Shown here: one piece after another, positions 17,835 through 26,402 of the stretch | How the letters are laid out: each line of letters starts with the position of its first letter | How positions within the stretch are numbered: position 1 is the first letter of the stretch | Assembly (NCBI GenBank): GCA_965238135.1 | Contig: OZ250177.1 | Coordinates: 4,192,599 to 4,256,598 of the forward strand | DNA length: 64,000 bases | Origin: Candidatus Multivorans sp. | Lineage (GTDB): Bacteria; Acidobacteriota; Thermoanaerobaculia; Multivoradales; Multivoraceae | Direction: 5' to 3' | The notes under the pieces: model-generated | The model's input: only the letters and a program-made list of their open reading frames with translations | Told to the model about the DNA's origin: nothing | Databases searched by the model: none | Program-made: the position numbers and the translations under genes

Positions 17835-18242
17835 CTCGTCCCGCAGACGGAGGCTGCGACTGATGATCGGGTAGAGGAAGCACTCCGTCTTGCCGGAGCC
17901 GGTGCCGGTAGAAACGAGTGTCGAGCGACCCCCGACGATCGCGCGGATCGCCTTCTCCTGGTGCCGGTAGAGCTGCGAGACGGCGCTCGGAATCCGCTGC
18001 TCCAGATGAGGATGAAGCAGCCCCTCGGCCGCCAGGTTCGCCACCGCCGCGCCGCCGCGAAAGGGCCGCGAGAGGCTGACGAACGGCCCTTGCAGCAACG
18101 GCGACCGCCGCGCCTCGTCAAGCGACAGCAGTTCCCGCATTTGCCCATGCAGGTGCGGGTCCGCGAACGGATAGGCCCGCAACTGGTAGCGGAGAAAGCT
18201 CTGGAGGACCTTCTCCGTGAAGACGACTGGGTTCAGAGCCAT
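17835..18242 (-). CDS. Giant helicase, 5' portion (codons 1-136, Walker A STGTGSGKTECF), separated from the rest by the IS110 element
   Basis: MALNPVVFTEKVLQSFLRYQL...STGTGSGKTECFLYPIISRSLRLRDE. The paralogous copy at 19915-20700 reads straight through ...RLRDEGAAAGISAVIVYPMNAL, which pins the insertion point. Confidence 0.8.
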
Positions 18243-18551
18243 GGGGCCGGCAAGGCTACCGCTTCTGACGACAGCTTCTTGGCGCCGCGAGCTTGACGAC
18301 CCCGACATGCAGGCTGCGCCCGCCGCGATGGAGCGGGCCGTCCGTCGCGCACACAGGGACGCGCAGCGACACGGCACCGGTGTTCTCGTCGTCGTGAACG
18401 GCGAGATGGTGGAGGTGGAGCCGGACCCGGCGCTGTACGAGGACGACCCGGCCGCGAAACCGAGGAAGCGGCGGTGCGCCACCGAGCTTCGGCACAACAG
18501 AGTTGAAGCCCGGTTCAACGGAGTTGACGGGAGTCGTGCGTCGCTGGCGTT

Positions 18552-19022
18552 CTACGGCCGCTCCAAGCTGACGGTCCGTGCCGGTCCGTCGTAGGTCAAC
18601 ACAAGGTCGTTGAGGATGTCACGTCCGACTACGGCGATGAGGTGGAATCTCGCCAAATCGAGGCTGGCAACTCGGAGCGGCCACGATCCCATGCCGTCGA
18701 GCACCACTTCGACCTCGAAGCTCGGAGAGTTGATGTTCTTGTGACTGTCGTAGCGGAGGAAGGGAATCGAGTCGACCGACACCAAGCCGGCGTTCAACGC
18801 GGTTGTGGCGTCAATAACGGTCGTGTCGGCCCCGGTATCGAGGAGGGCGAAGCCCGACACGATGTCTCCCACGCGAACTCCTTCGCGCGCCTTTCGGCCC
18901 CGGTACGCGGGGTGGTAGCGAAGCGTGATGGGGAAGGTGGGGCGCCCGCGCTCGTCGTAGCGGGCCCTAGGCACGAAGGAGGGTCGGCATGAATACCGGC
19001 TCGGGGCGGGTGCCGCACTCAC
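18552..19022 (-). CDS. Retropepsin-like (clan AA) aspartic protease
   Basis: ALLDTGADTTVID contains the D-T/S-G-A catalytic motif in a ~150 aa single-domain protein. The start codon is uncertain because it overlaps the upstream small ORF. Confidence 0.6.
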   Translation of the reverse strand: MSAAPAPSRYSCRPSFVPRARYDERGRPTFPITLRYHPAYRGRKAREGVRVGDIVSGFALLDTGADTTVIDATTALNAGLVSVDSIPFLRYDSHKNINSPSFEVEVVLDGMGSWPLRVASLDLARFHLIAVVGRDILNDLVLTYDGPARTVSLERP

Positions 19023-19227
19023 GGACCAGCATCTTTCGGACGCCTAGTCGATACCCTTCGTCGATCGCTTCGCGGCGAGTCGGAAAGACGCCGATCAACT
19101 CTTGACCGCAGATCAGGACGTACTGGTCTGGAAACCTCGTCGCGTAGTCGTCGAAGTGCTCCTCATAGAACTCCAGTTCAACGGCGAGGAGCGACCCTGG
19201 CTGAGTCTCGGCGTCTCTCGCTGGCAT
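18967..19227 (-). CDS. Small conserved hypothetical protein (~86 aa) paired with the retropepsin-like gene
   Basis: MPARDAETQPGSLLAVELEFYEEHFDDYATRFPDQYVLICGQELIGVFPTRREAIDEGYRLGVRK... resembles the small proteins (DUF5678-type) often adjacent to bacterial retropepsin-like proteases. Weak. Confidence 0.35.
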   Translation of the reverse strand: MPARDAETQPGSLLAVELEFYEEHFDDYATRFPDQYVLICGQELIGVFPTRREAIDEGYRLGVRKMLVRECGTRPEPVFMPTLLRA

Positions 19228-19329
19228 TGGGTCCCTTCCAAGCAGTAGAAAAGCGCGGCTCGCTGATGACCTTCTCGCTTCACCGTAGCATGAGCACGGA
19301 GCGTGAGGCGGGGGGCATGGCGTCGAGCA

Positions 19330-20700
19330 GGGTGCCGCCGGCACCGCCGAGCAGGTCGGCCGTGCGGACCGTGCGGGCGCGGCAACTGCGGCACCGGTAG
19401 ACGCCGCGATGGGGCGACAGCTTGATCCGGTCGGCGTCGACCTGGTAGACGCCGCTGGCGTTCGGCATCGCGCGGCCGCGGGTGCCCAGAAGCTGCACCT
19501 GCTTCAGCAGGCCGCGCTCGGCCAGCATCTCGAACAAGCTCCGCAGCAGCTCCCCCGCCTGCTCCTGCTCGGCGCCCCACTTCGCGGCCATCTGCCTCAT
19601 CGTGGTCTGGCCGCCCTCGCTCAGCCACTGCAGGACGCGGCTGGGATTGTCGCCGGGGCGGCGTTTCAACTTGACGCCCCGTCCGCGATCAACGAGCGCT
19701 GGCGGAACCGGCGTGCGTGGTCCTTCATCCATCCAGGCGGCATCCTGGCGGTTGTCGCAGAACACGAGCAGCCGCGGCCGCTCCGAGTGGTGGACCATGT
19801 CCTGAGCCAGAACGTGAACGTCGGCGGCGTTGCTGGCGCGCACGGGCCGCGCCGGTTCGCGGTAGCGGCCGCCTCCGCCTCGGCCGCCCAACGCGTTGCA
19901 CGAGAGGCAACTCGTCAGGACCCCTGGAAGAGCTCGGCGTCCCGCTGGCGGGTGAAAAGCAGCTCCAGTTGCTTCACGTTCGTGAGCAGGATCCGCGGTT
20001 GCTCGCCAGCCGAACGCATCGCTTGCCGCGAGCAGGCCTCTTCGGCCGGGAACACGCTCTCGCCGCTCTTGGCCGCCCGTACCGCCTCGAGCTGCGCCTC
20101 GTAGTCCGAGCGGGAAGACCCCGGAGGAAGCCTGACGCCGCCCACGTCGCCTTCCCTCTCCGGCGTCTTGCCGGCGTACATCCCGAACGAAACGCCCGTT
20201 CCCGCCAGCAGCGAGCGCAGCCGCATCAACTGATCCTCGGCCAGCGCGTTCATCGGATAGACGATCACGGCGCTGATGCCGGCCGCCGCACCCTCGTCCC
20301 GCAGACGCAGGCAGCGACTGACGATCGGGTAGAGGAAGCACTCCGTCTTGCCCGAGCCGGTACCGGTGGAGATGAGGGTCGGACGTCCTCCTGCGATGGC
20401 CCGGATCGCTTGTTCCTGGTGGCGGTAGAGCTCCTCGATATCAGCAGGGATGCGCTGCTCCAGATGCGGGTGCAACAGCCCGTCGGCCACCAGATCGGCC
20501 GGTGCCGCGCCGGTGCGGAACGGGCGCGAGAGGCTGGCGAACGGTCCTCGCAGCAAAGGCGACCGCCGTGCCTGATCGAGGGACAGGAGATCCCGCATCT
20601 GGCGATGCAATCGCGGGTCCGCAAACGGGTAGGCCCGCAGTTGGTAGCGGAGAAAGCTCTGGAGGACCTTCTCTGTGAAGACGACCGGGTTCAGTGCCAT
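19330..20700 (-). pseudogene. Decayed partial duplicate (copy B) of the giant helicase 5' region, with internal deletions and frameshifts
   Basis: 20700-19915 encodes helicase aa 1-262 at ~90-95% identity to copy A. Further 3', pieces matching copy-A aa ~700-760 and ~1040-1150 follow in other frames (ORF 19280-20341). The duplication boundary lies only ~22 bp upstream of the ATG. Confidence 0.75.
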
Positions 20701-20887
20701 GGGGGCGGCAAGGCTACCGCCTGGTCCTGGTCGCGCCGCCCGTGGGAAGGCGGGCATCCTCCTCGTATCCGGTGCCGAGGCCCCGGACGAGCTGCCTGTC
20801 CGGTGTTCCAGGGCCGCTCGGTGGCTGGCCGACAGAGCGTCGCCGATCGCTGGCAATGCGGTCCGGCAGTCGGCAGGAGGATGAAGC

Positions 20888-22048
20888 TCAGCCCAGCGGT
20901 TCCAGGTCCAGCAGCAGCCGCGACGCCGCAACGGCCTCGACATTCGGCGCAAGCGGGAAGGTCTCGTTGCCGCCGTGGACGATGAAGGCTCGCTCCAGGC
21001 CGAGCGTGTCCATGGCCGAACGGAGCGACTGGCTGATTCGTGGACTCACCGTGCGCTTGATCTCGAAGCCCAGACGCCGGTTGCCCGCGATCACGAGAAG
21101 GTCGAGCTCGGCGCCGGCATGGGTGGCCCAGAAGTAGCACTGATCGCTGCGCGCCCCCAACCTCGCCGCGATCTGTTGGACAAGGAAGCCCTCCCAGGAA
21201 GCGCCCAGTTGCGGATGGGACTCGACAGCCTCCTTCGTGTCGAGACCGAGCAGAGTGTGCAACAGACCTGTATCGGCGAGGTACACCTTGGGAGACCTCA
21301 CTTGCCGCTTCCCGACATTCTCCAGCCATGGGCCGCACTGCCTGACGACCAGAGTCGATGTCAGCAGGTCGAGGTAGCGCCGCACCGTGGTGTCCGCGAC
21401 ACCGAACGAGGAGGCGAACTGGGAGCTGTTCCAGGTTCGGCCGTGGTAGTGCGCCAGCATCGTCCAGAAGCGCCTGAGCGTGACCGCGGATATCTGGATC
21501 CCGAGTTGCGGCAGGTCCCTCTCCAGGAACGTCTGAATGAAGGCCCGGCGCCATTCGGCGCTCTCCGCGTCGGACTCCGCCAGAAAGGAGAGCGGGAAGC
21601 CTCCGCGGATCCAGAGCCGATCGAAGTCGTGAACTCCCACCTCCTCCAGCCCCAGCGGCTCCAGGTGGTGGTAGATGATCCGCCCGGCGAGCGATTCCGA
21701 AGACTGACGAACGAGGTCGGGCGAGGCGCTGCCCAGGATCAGGAAGCGAGCTCGCCTCTCGGGACGGTCGGCCAGCACCCGGAGCACGGGGAAGAGCTCC
21801 GGCATGCGTTGGACTTCATCGAGGACGACGAGTCCCGCGAGCCCCTCCAGCGCCAGTTCGGGTTCCCGCAACCGCCCAAGATGCCGAGGGCTCTCGAGAT
21901 CGAAGAAGTGGGATTCCTCCTCCCTCTGCGCCAGGACCTCTTTCGCCAGCGTCGTCTTGCCGATCTGGCGCGCTCCCAGAAGACCTACGACCGGGTACCG
22001 GTCGAGCAGGTCCATCAGTCTGTCGATGTGCCGCTTTCGTTGAATCAC
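20888..22048 (-). CDS. AAA ATPase of the DUF4143 family (COG1373)
   Basis: VVGLLGARQIGKTTLAKEVL Walker A and DUF4143-like C-terminal region. Confidence 0.75.
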   Translation of the reverse strand: MIQRKRHIDRLMDLLDRYPVVGLLGARQIGKTTLAKEVLAQREEESHFFDLESPRHLGRLREPELALEGLAGLVVLDEVQRMPELFPVLRVLADRPERRARFLILGSASPDLVRQSSESLAGRIIYHHLEPLGLEEVGVHDFDRLWIRGGFPLSFLAESDAESAEWRRAFIQTFLERDLPQLGIQISAVTLRRFWTMLAHYHGRTWNSSQFASSFGVADTTVRRYLDLLTSTLVVRQCGPWLENVGKRQVRSPKVYLADTGLLHTLLGLDTKEAVESHPQLGASWEGFLVQQIAARLGARSDQCYFWATHAGAELDLLVIAGNRRLGFEIKRTVSPRISQSLRSAMDTLGLERAFIVHGGNETFPLAPNVEAVAASRLLLDLEPLG

Positions 22049-22094
22049 CGACTTATGATACTTGAGATCTCGGCGGTCGCCGCCGGATATTCAA

Positions 22095-22330
22095 GCGCAG
22101 AGATGTTCGATCAGATCGGACTGTTCTTGCGGGACCGCCGCTTCCCTGCGTGCGACGTGAACGAGGACATGGGGAAGCGCCCGGAAGGGCCGGACTACGG
22201 CGTCTTCGATTTCGTCGACCTGTTCGCGCGGGCGGTCCTGAACAAGCCGTTCGTGCGGCTGTCGAAGCGGGAGAAGGCCGCCCTCGTGAAGAGGTTCGAG
22301 CACAAGGTGAGCGATCACCTGCCGCTTTGG
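22095..22330 (+). pseudogene. Possible C-terminal fragment of an endonuclease/exonuclease/phosphatase (EEP) family protein
   Basis: ...FEHKVSDHLPLWIRL resembles the EEP C-terminal SDH-P motif. No N-terminal domain. Weak. Confidence 0.25.
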
Positions 22331-22406
22331 ATCCGACTGCCGATGCCGCGCTACGCCAGGGAAGAGCGGCGGCGGCCGGTGTCGTCCGCCTCCGGGGCGC
22401 TCGGCC

Positions 22407-24026
22407 TCAGGCGGCCCGCGACGGCACTCTCTCCCGCGCCACCACCGCCTCCAGGTGAGGCGGCGGTCGCCACAGGCATTCCATGACGTAGCGCAGGTCT
22501 ATCGGCCGGCCGTCCCAAGCCGGCATCGACTCCTTGCCTGTGATCACGATGCCAGCGTTCTCCAGGTATTCGATCAACTCGCGGGCGGCGTCAGTGCCGA
22601 TTGGTGGCGGCGCGGGACTCCGCTCCAGGGGCCGCCTTCGAGAATCGAAGAACTCCACGGCGCCGTCGTCGTTCATGCGTACGCTGAAGCCGCCTTCATG
22701 GAGTGCGCGATGGTGCCTCCGGCACAGGAGCACGAGGTTCGAGAGCTTCGTTTCGCCGCCCTCGGCCCAGTGGACGACGTGGTGCGCGTCGCAGTGCTGC
22801 GAAGTGCAGCCCGGGAAGCGGCAACCCTCATCCCGGAACCGCAGGGCGCGACGGATGGGCGGCGGGATGGTGCGGGTCTTGCGGCCGACGCTCAGTATCT
22901 CGCCGGATCCGTGCCGCATGGGAACCTTCCCGGACTCGCAGGCGATACGCCGGGCCGTTTCCGCGGAAACAGGCACGTGCGAGGTTCCGAGCCAGGCGCC
23001 GCGGATGGCCGGGCGCTCGGATTGCTTCGTGGTCGCTCGAGGCGCCGACCCAGTGGCGCCTGGCGTTCCCGCGGGAACGTGGACACCTGTCGCGGCGATC
23101 CCCGCTGTGCCCGCGTACGACGTTTCCGCGGGAACGCGTGCGCCTGTCGTCGGCGCGGTGACGGCGTTTGCCGCTTCGCCCGTCGATGGCGTTCCCGCGG
23201 GAACGCCGGTCCGGCACTCATGCACCGGTTCTGCCGGATTCCGGAGTTCCGCTTCGCTCACATGGACCACGACCTGGTACCGGTCGCCGCTCGACCCTGG
23301 GTCGAGACCGCCCTTGAGCGCGCTCTCGGCAACGAGGCCGAGAGCGTCGGCGCGCCGCTTCCCGGCCGGAGGCCGGTTGGCCTCGTCCTTGCTTCCTTCA
23401 GTGCTGGCGTAGAGCTTCTCGTCAGCCGCGTCGAGGGCCCTCAGCAACACCTCGCCCACCTCGGGCGCCAGCCGTCCGCGAATCACGAACATGCCGTTCT
23501 CGTCGATGTGGGTGGAGACGTGACTTGAGGCCTCGCGCACTTCGTCGTCGCTGGCTTCGACCGTGCGATCGATCCTCCGCCACCCTCTGACCACGCGTTC
23601 GATGTGCGCGGCAGTGCCGGCCTTGCCCACGTCGACCAGCGACTCCTCCGTGTCGGGCCTGGCGATGCGGGTCAGCGCCCTCACCTTGGAGTAGGAGAGC
23701 TCGCCCCGCTTCATCGCGGCGCTCATCAGGGGCAGGTCGCCCAGAGCGCGGGCGACGCGCACCTTCTCGCGGGCCGCACCGGGCGCCAGGCCGATCCGCC
23801 AGGTGAGCCACTGCGCGCAACTCAAGAAGCCGTTGTTCCAACCTTCCTTCTCATCGAACTCGCGGATCAGAACCAGGAGTTCGAAGGTTGCCGCGTCGAT
23901 CCGCGCGGCGAGCGCAGCGATCTCCTCGCCCATGCGCTCCTTGGAACTCATGCCGGTTTGTTTGTCAATCATTGGTGTCGAGCGCCCTTGGGATTCCAGG
24001 GTTGGACGTGAATCGGAGGCCGCCAA
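22407..24026 (-). CDS. DUF222-domain HNH endonuclease (actinobacterial 13E12-repeat-type)
   Basis: N-terminal EEIAALAARIDAATFELLVLIREFDEKEGW (DUF222). C-terminal HNH region FRDEGCRFPGC...HCDAHHVVHWAEGGETKLSNLVLLCRRHHRALHEGG. The likely start is the MIDKQTG or MSSKERM codon inside the listed ORF. Confidence 0.8.
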   Translation of the reverse strand: MAASDSRPTLESQGRSTPMIDKQTGMSSKERMGEEIAALAARIDAATFELLVLIREFDEKEGWNNGFLSCAQWLTWRIGLAPGAAREKVRVARALGDLPLMSAAMKRGELSYSKVRALTRIARPDTEESLVDVGKAGTAAHIERVVRGWRRIDRTVEASDDEVREASSHVSTHIDENGMFVIRGRLAPEVGEVLLRALDAADEKLYASTEGSKDEANRPPAGKRRADALGLVAESALKGGLDPGSSGDRYQVVVHVSEAELRNPAEPVHECRTGVPAGTPSTGEAANAVTAPTTGARVPAETSYAGTAGIAATGVHVPAGTPGATGSAPRATTKQSERPAIRGAWLGTSHVPVSAETARRIACESGKVPMRHGSGEILSVGRKTRTIPPPIRRALRFRDEGCRFPGCTSQHCDAHHVVHWAEGGETKLSNLVLLCRRHHRALHEGGFSVRMNDDGAVEFFDSRRRPLERSPAPPPIGTDAARELIEYLENAGIVITGKESMPAWDGRPIDLRYVMECLWRPPPHLEAVVARERVPSRAA

Positions 24027-24315
24027 ACCGGCCTTTCAGGGCCTCCGCGCCGAAGGCTGATAATCTAGCATGGGTGGCCGGTGAACACAAGCAATTCAAG
24101 CCGATGAACCCGTGCGACGCAGGCGGTAGCTGCGGCCCGAGGGACTCGGGCGCCGTGGTCTGCCTCCATTGGCTCCCAAAGGTCGAGGGGTGCCAGTTGT
24201 CCTTCACGGTGCGGAACCCCGGAGCGCCCCCCGCGTCAAAGCGGGCTTCAATAAAGAGCGACAGGTTCTGCGGGAGCCGAAGAAGCGTCAGTTGAGGGGG
24301 GAGGAAGGATGCAGC

Positions 24316-24708
24316 TTAGCCTGCATCTTCCAGAACCACCTGTCGTTCGGCGACCGCGAACTCGGCCACGGACACGGGCTGCTGCTCACCGGAGGCGAGG
24401 CGCCGGAGCCGTGTGTCGTGCTGCCAGTCGAAGTCCCGGCAAACCACGATCGCATGAATTGGAACCCGTTCCCTTGCGCCACGCACCTCCCGAAGCAGTC
24501 CATCCGCCAAATCGAACGCGTTGGACATTCGGCCGGACATTGTGCTGATCGCGGCCAACTGGTCGCTGATCAATACTGCTGGCCGATAAAGAGTGGCCGC
24601 GGCGGTAAGTACGAGAGCAGGTGATTCCTCGAGACCGAGGCGTTGCCCGACTTCGGTGGCCGTCCTTTGGGAGGCAAGACGGTCGAACCGGAGTGCGAGA
24701 ACAGGCAT
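24316..24708 (-). CDS. Hypothetical protein (130 aa) in a lower-GC patch abutting the ISL3 element
   Basis: ORF only. An in-frame stop lies 70 bp upstream. No recognisable family. Confidence 0.3.
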   Translation of the reverse strand: MPVLALRFDRLASQRTATEVGQRLGLEESPALVLTAAATLYRPAVLISDQLAAISTMSGRMSNAFDLADGLLREVRGARERVPIHAIVVCRDFDWQHDTRLRRLASGEQQPVSVAEFAVAERQVVLEDAG

Positions 24709-24886
24709 GCCTCGCTTCCGTAAGCCCGCCCACGGCCTGAACGACGCGAGCCGCCTTCCCTGACCCCGCTTTCCCTGTCACTATGCTGTCGGTTGAGGTG
24801 CCGCCGAGTCGCGAAAGCAGGGTCTCTGCCGGCTCCCTCGGGATAGGCCTCTGCCGAATGAGGCGGCCTTGTGCACCTTCAAGATA

Positions 24887-26190
24887 GAGCTCTTCAGGCT
24901 TTCGTGTGGAATGTGAGCGAATCGGGGTAGAGGTCGAGTCCACCGAGATGGAAGTAGATGGCGTTGCGGAACCGGTCTCGGTTTCGGTAGCCGCGAGCTG
25001 ATTTCTTGAGCCATTGAATGACCGAGTTGATGCCTTCAAGGCGGGCGTTGGTGACCCCCCGCTCGATCGCGTTCAGCACTCCTTCGAGATGGGCCTTGAG
25101 CATCCGGGCCACACGCTTCATCGGCTCCAGCCGGCTGCGGATCGCCCACGAGTACCAGCCCTTGAAGGTTGCCAGCGCCTCGGCCCGGTCCGGCACCTCC
25201 CACATCAGCATGGCGAACTCCTTCAGATGCCAACAGCGGGCAGTCTTCGAGGTGCCGTCGATCAGGTCCTTGAAGCGGACCCAGGATCGCGCCGGCACCC
25301 GGTCCGGGTGGTACAGCCACAGATAGCGCGTGTCGGCAAGACGCTCGTCGCCCAGGCTGAGAAGGAGCCGGTGCTCCTGTCGCCGCACCTCGTCCACCGC
25401 ACCGCCGAGATGAGCCGCGACGTGGAACTTGTCGAACGCGATCTTCTTGTCTCCGTCCGAAAGGCCGGACACCGTCGCACTGATGTACCCGGGCCACATG
25501 TCCATCGCCACCGTCTCGATCTTCGCCCGCTCCGCCTCGGACAGCGAGCGGTAGTACGACGACAGAGCTTCCTTGCCGCGGCCGTCCGCCACGTGGTGCA
25601 CCCGCGGCGTGCCTTCAAGGTCCGCCACCACGGTCACGTATTCGTGCCGCTTCTGAAACGACGTCTCGTCCACCCCCAGAAGCCGACACCCAGACGCAGC
25701 GCCGCGACGCTCAAGACCACGCTTCACCGCCCGACCCATCACGCCGTCCACCTGGTCCCAGCTCAAGGCCAGATGCTGAGCCACCGCCGAGATGCTCGCC
25801 GCCCCCAGCCAGTCGATGATCAAAGCCTCGAACAGCGCGGTGAAACGCGAACCCGCGTCCGACCACGGCACGCCGATCGTCCGCACTCCGTGCTCGGCGC
25901 ACCTCACCCGAGGCACCTCGGCGGTGAGAATCGTCCTGTATTGGCAGGTCGGCAGATGACGCCAGCTACGACGACGGGCGTCGTGGCGCTTGACCGACCC
26001 CCCGCACTCCGGACAACCCAACGACTCGCCGCCGCCATGAGCGACGAAGACCTCCACCTCGCACGCCTCAAGCCGCAGCTCGACGCCCGTCACTTCCCAT
26101 GGACTCTCGATACCCAGAATCCGACCGTACAAGTCTATGTCTCGCATCCCGCGAGACTACGGCATCTCCACCATCAACCCGGAAGAGCCC
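24887..26190 (-). mobile_element. ISL3-family insertion sequence with imperfect terminal IRs (GAGCTCTTCAGG / GGGCTCTTCCGG) and a 7-8 bp target-site duplication AAGATAG
   Basis: IRs and flanking direct repeat read directly (24880-24888 and 26191-26198). Confidence 0.8.
24894..26147 (-). CDS. ISL3-family transposase
   Basis: 417 aa. Zn-finger CPECGG followed by the ...LLGVDETSFQKRHEYVTVVADLE... and ...YRNRDRFRNAIYFH... motifs typical of ISL3 transposases. Confidence 0.9.
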   Translation of the reverse strand: MRDIDLYGRILGIESPWEVTGVELRLEACEVEVFVAHGGGESLGCPECGGSVKRHDARRRSWRHLPTCQYRTILTAEVPRVRCAEHGVRTIGVPWSDAGSRFTALFEALIIDWLGAASISAVAQHLALSWDQVDGVMGRAVKRGLERRGAASGCRLLGVDETSFQKRHEYVTVVADLEGTPRVHHVADGRGKEALSSYYRSLSEAERAKIETVAMDMWPGYISATVSGLSDGDKKIAFDKFHVAAHLGGAVDEVRRQEHRLLLSLGDERLADTRYLWLYHPDRVPARSWVRFKDLIDGTSKTARCWHLKEFAMLMWEVPDRAEALATFKGWYSWAIRSRLEPMKRVARMLKAHLEGVLNAIERGVTNARLEGINSVIQWLKKSARGYRNRDRFRNAIYFHLGGLDLYPDSLTFHTKA

Positions 26191-26402
26191 AAGATAGTAG
26201 CGATCGGTGGCGGTACGAACCGCGACTGCCTCTTGGGCAGGTTCGTTGATTCGCCGCATGGGATAGCCCCGACTGGCCAGTTCGTCCGCCTGGAGGCATC
26301 GCTCGGAAACTGAGCCACTCATCGCTCGGAAAGTGATCCACCCTCGGCCCTTGGCCGGTAGCTTGGTCTTGTACAGGAGACCAAGGCGATCGGAGGAAGG
26401 AC

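Noticed and set aside
18217-18594. 125-aa plus-strand ORF upstream of the helicase start (also MKTTGF... copy at 20675)
   Set aside because: Mostly antisense of the helicase 5' end and promoter. The duplicated N-terminus merely reflects the segmental duplication. No family evidence, so left unannotated.
24709-24886. Idea that ORF 24316-24708 is the 3' continuation of the IS21-truncated gene at 28858-29442 (split by ISL3 and IS21)
   Set aside because: An in-frame stop lies only 70 bp upstream of the ATG at 24708. There is no frame continuity or sequence evidence linking the two fragments.
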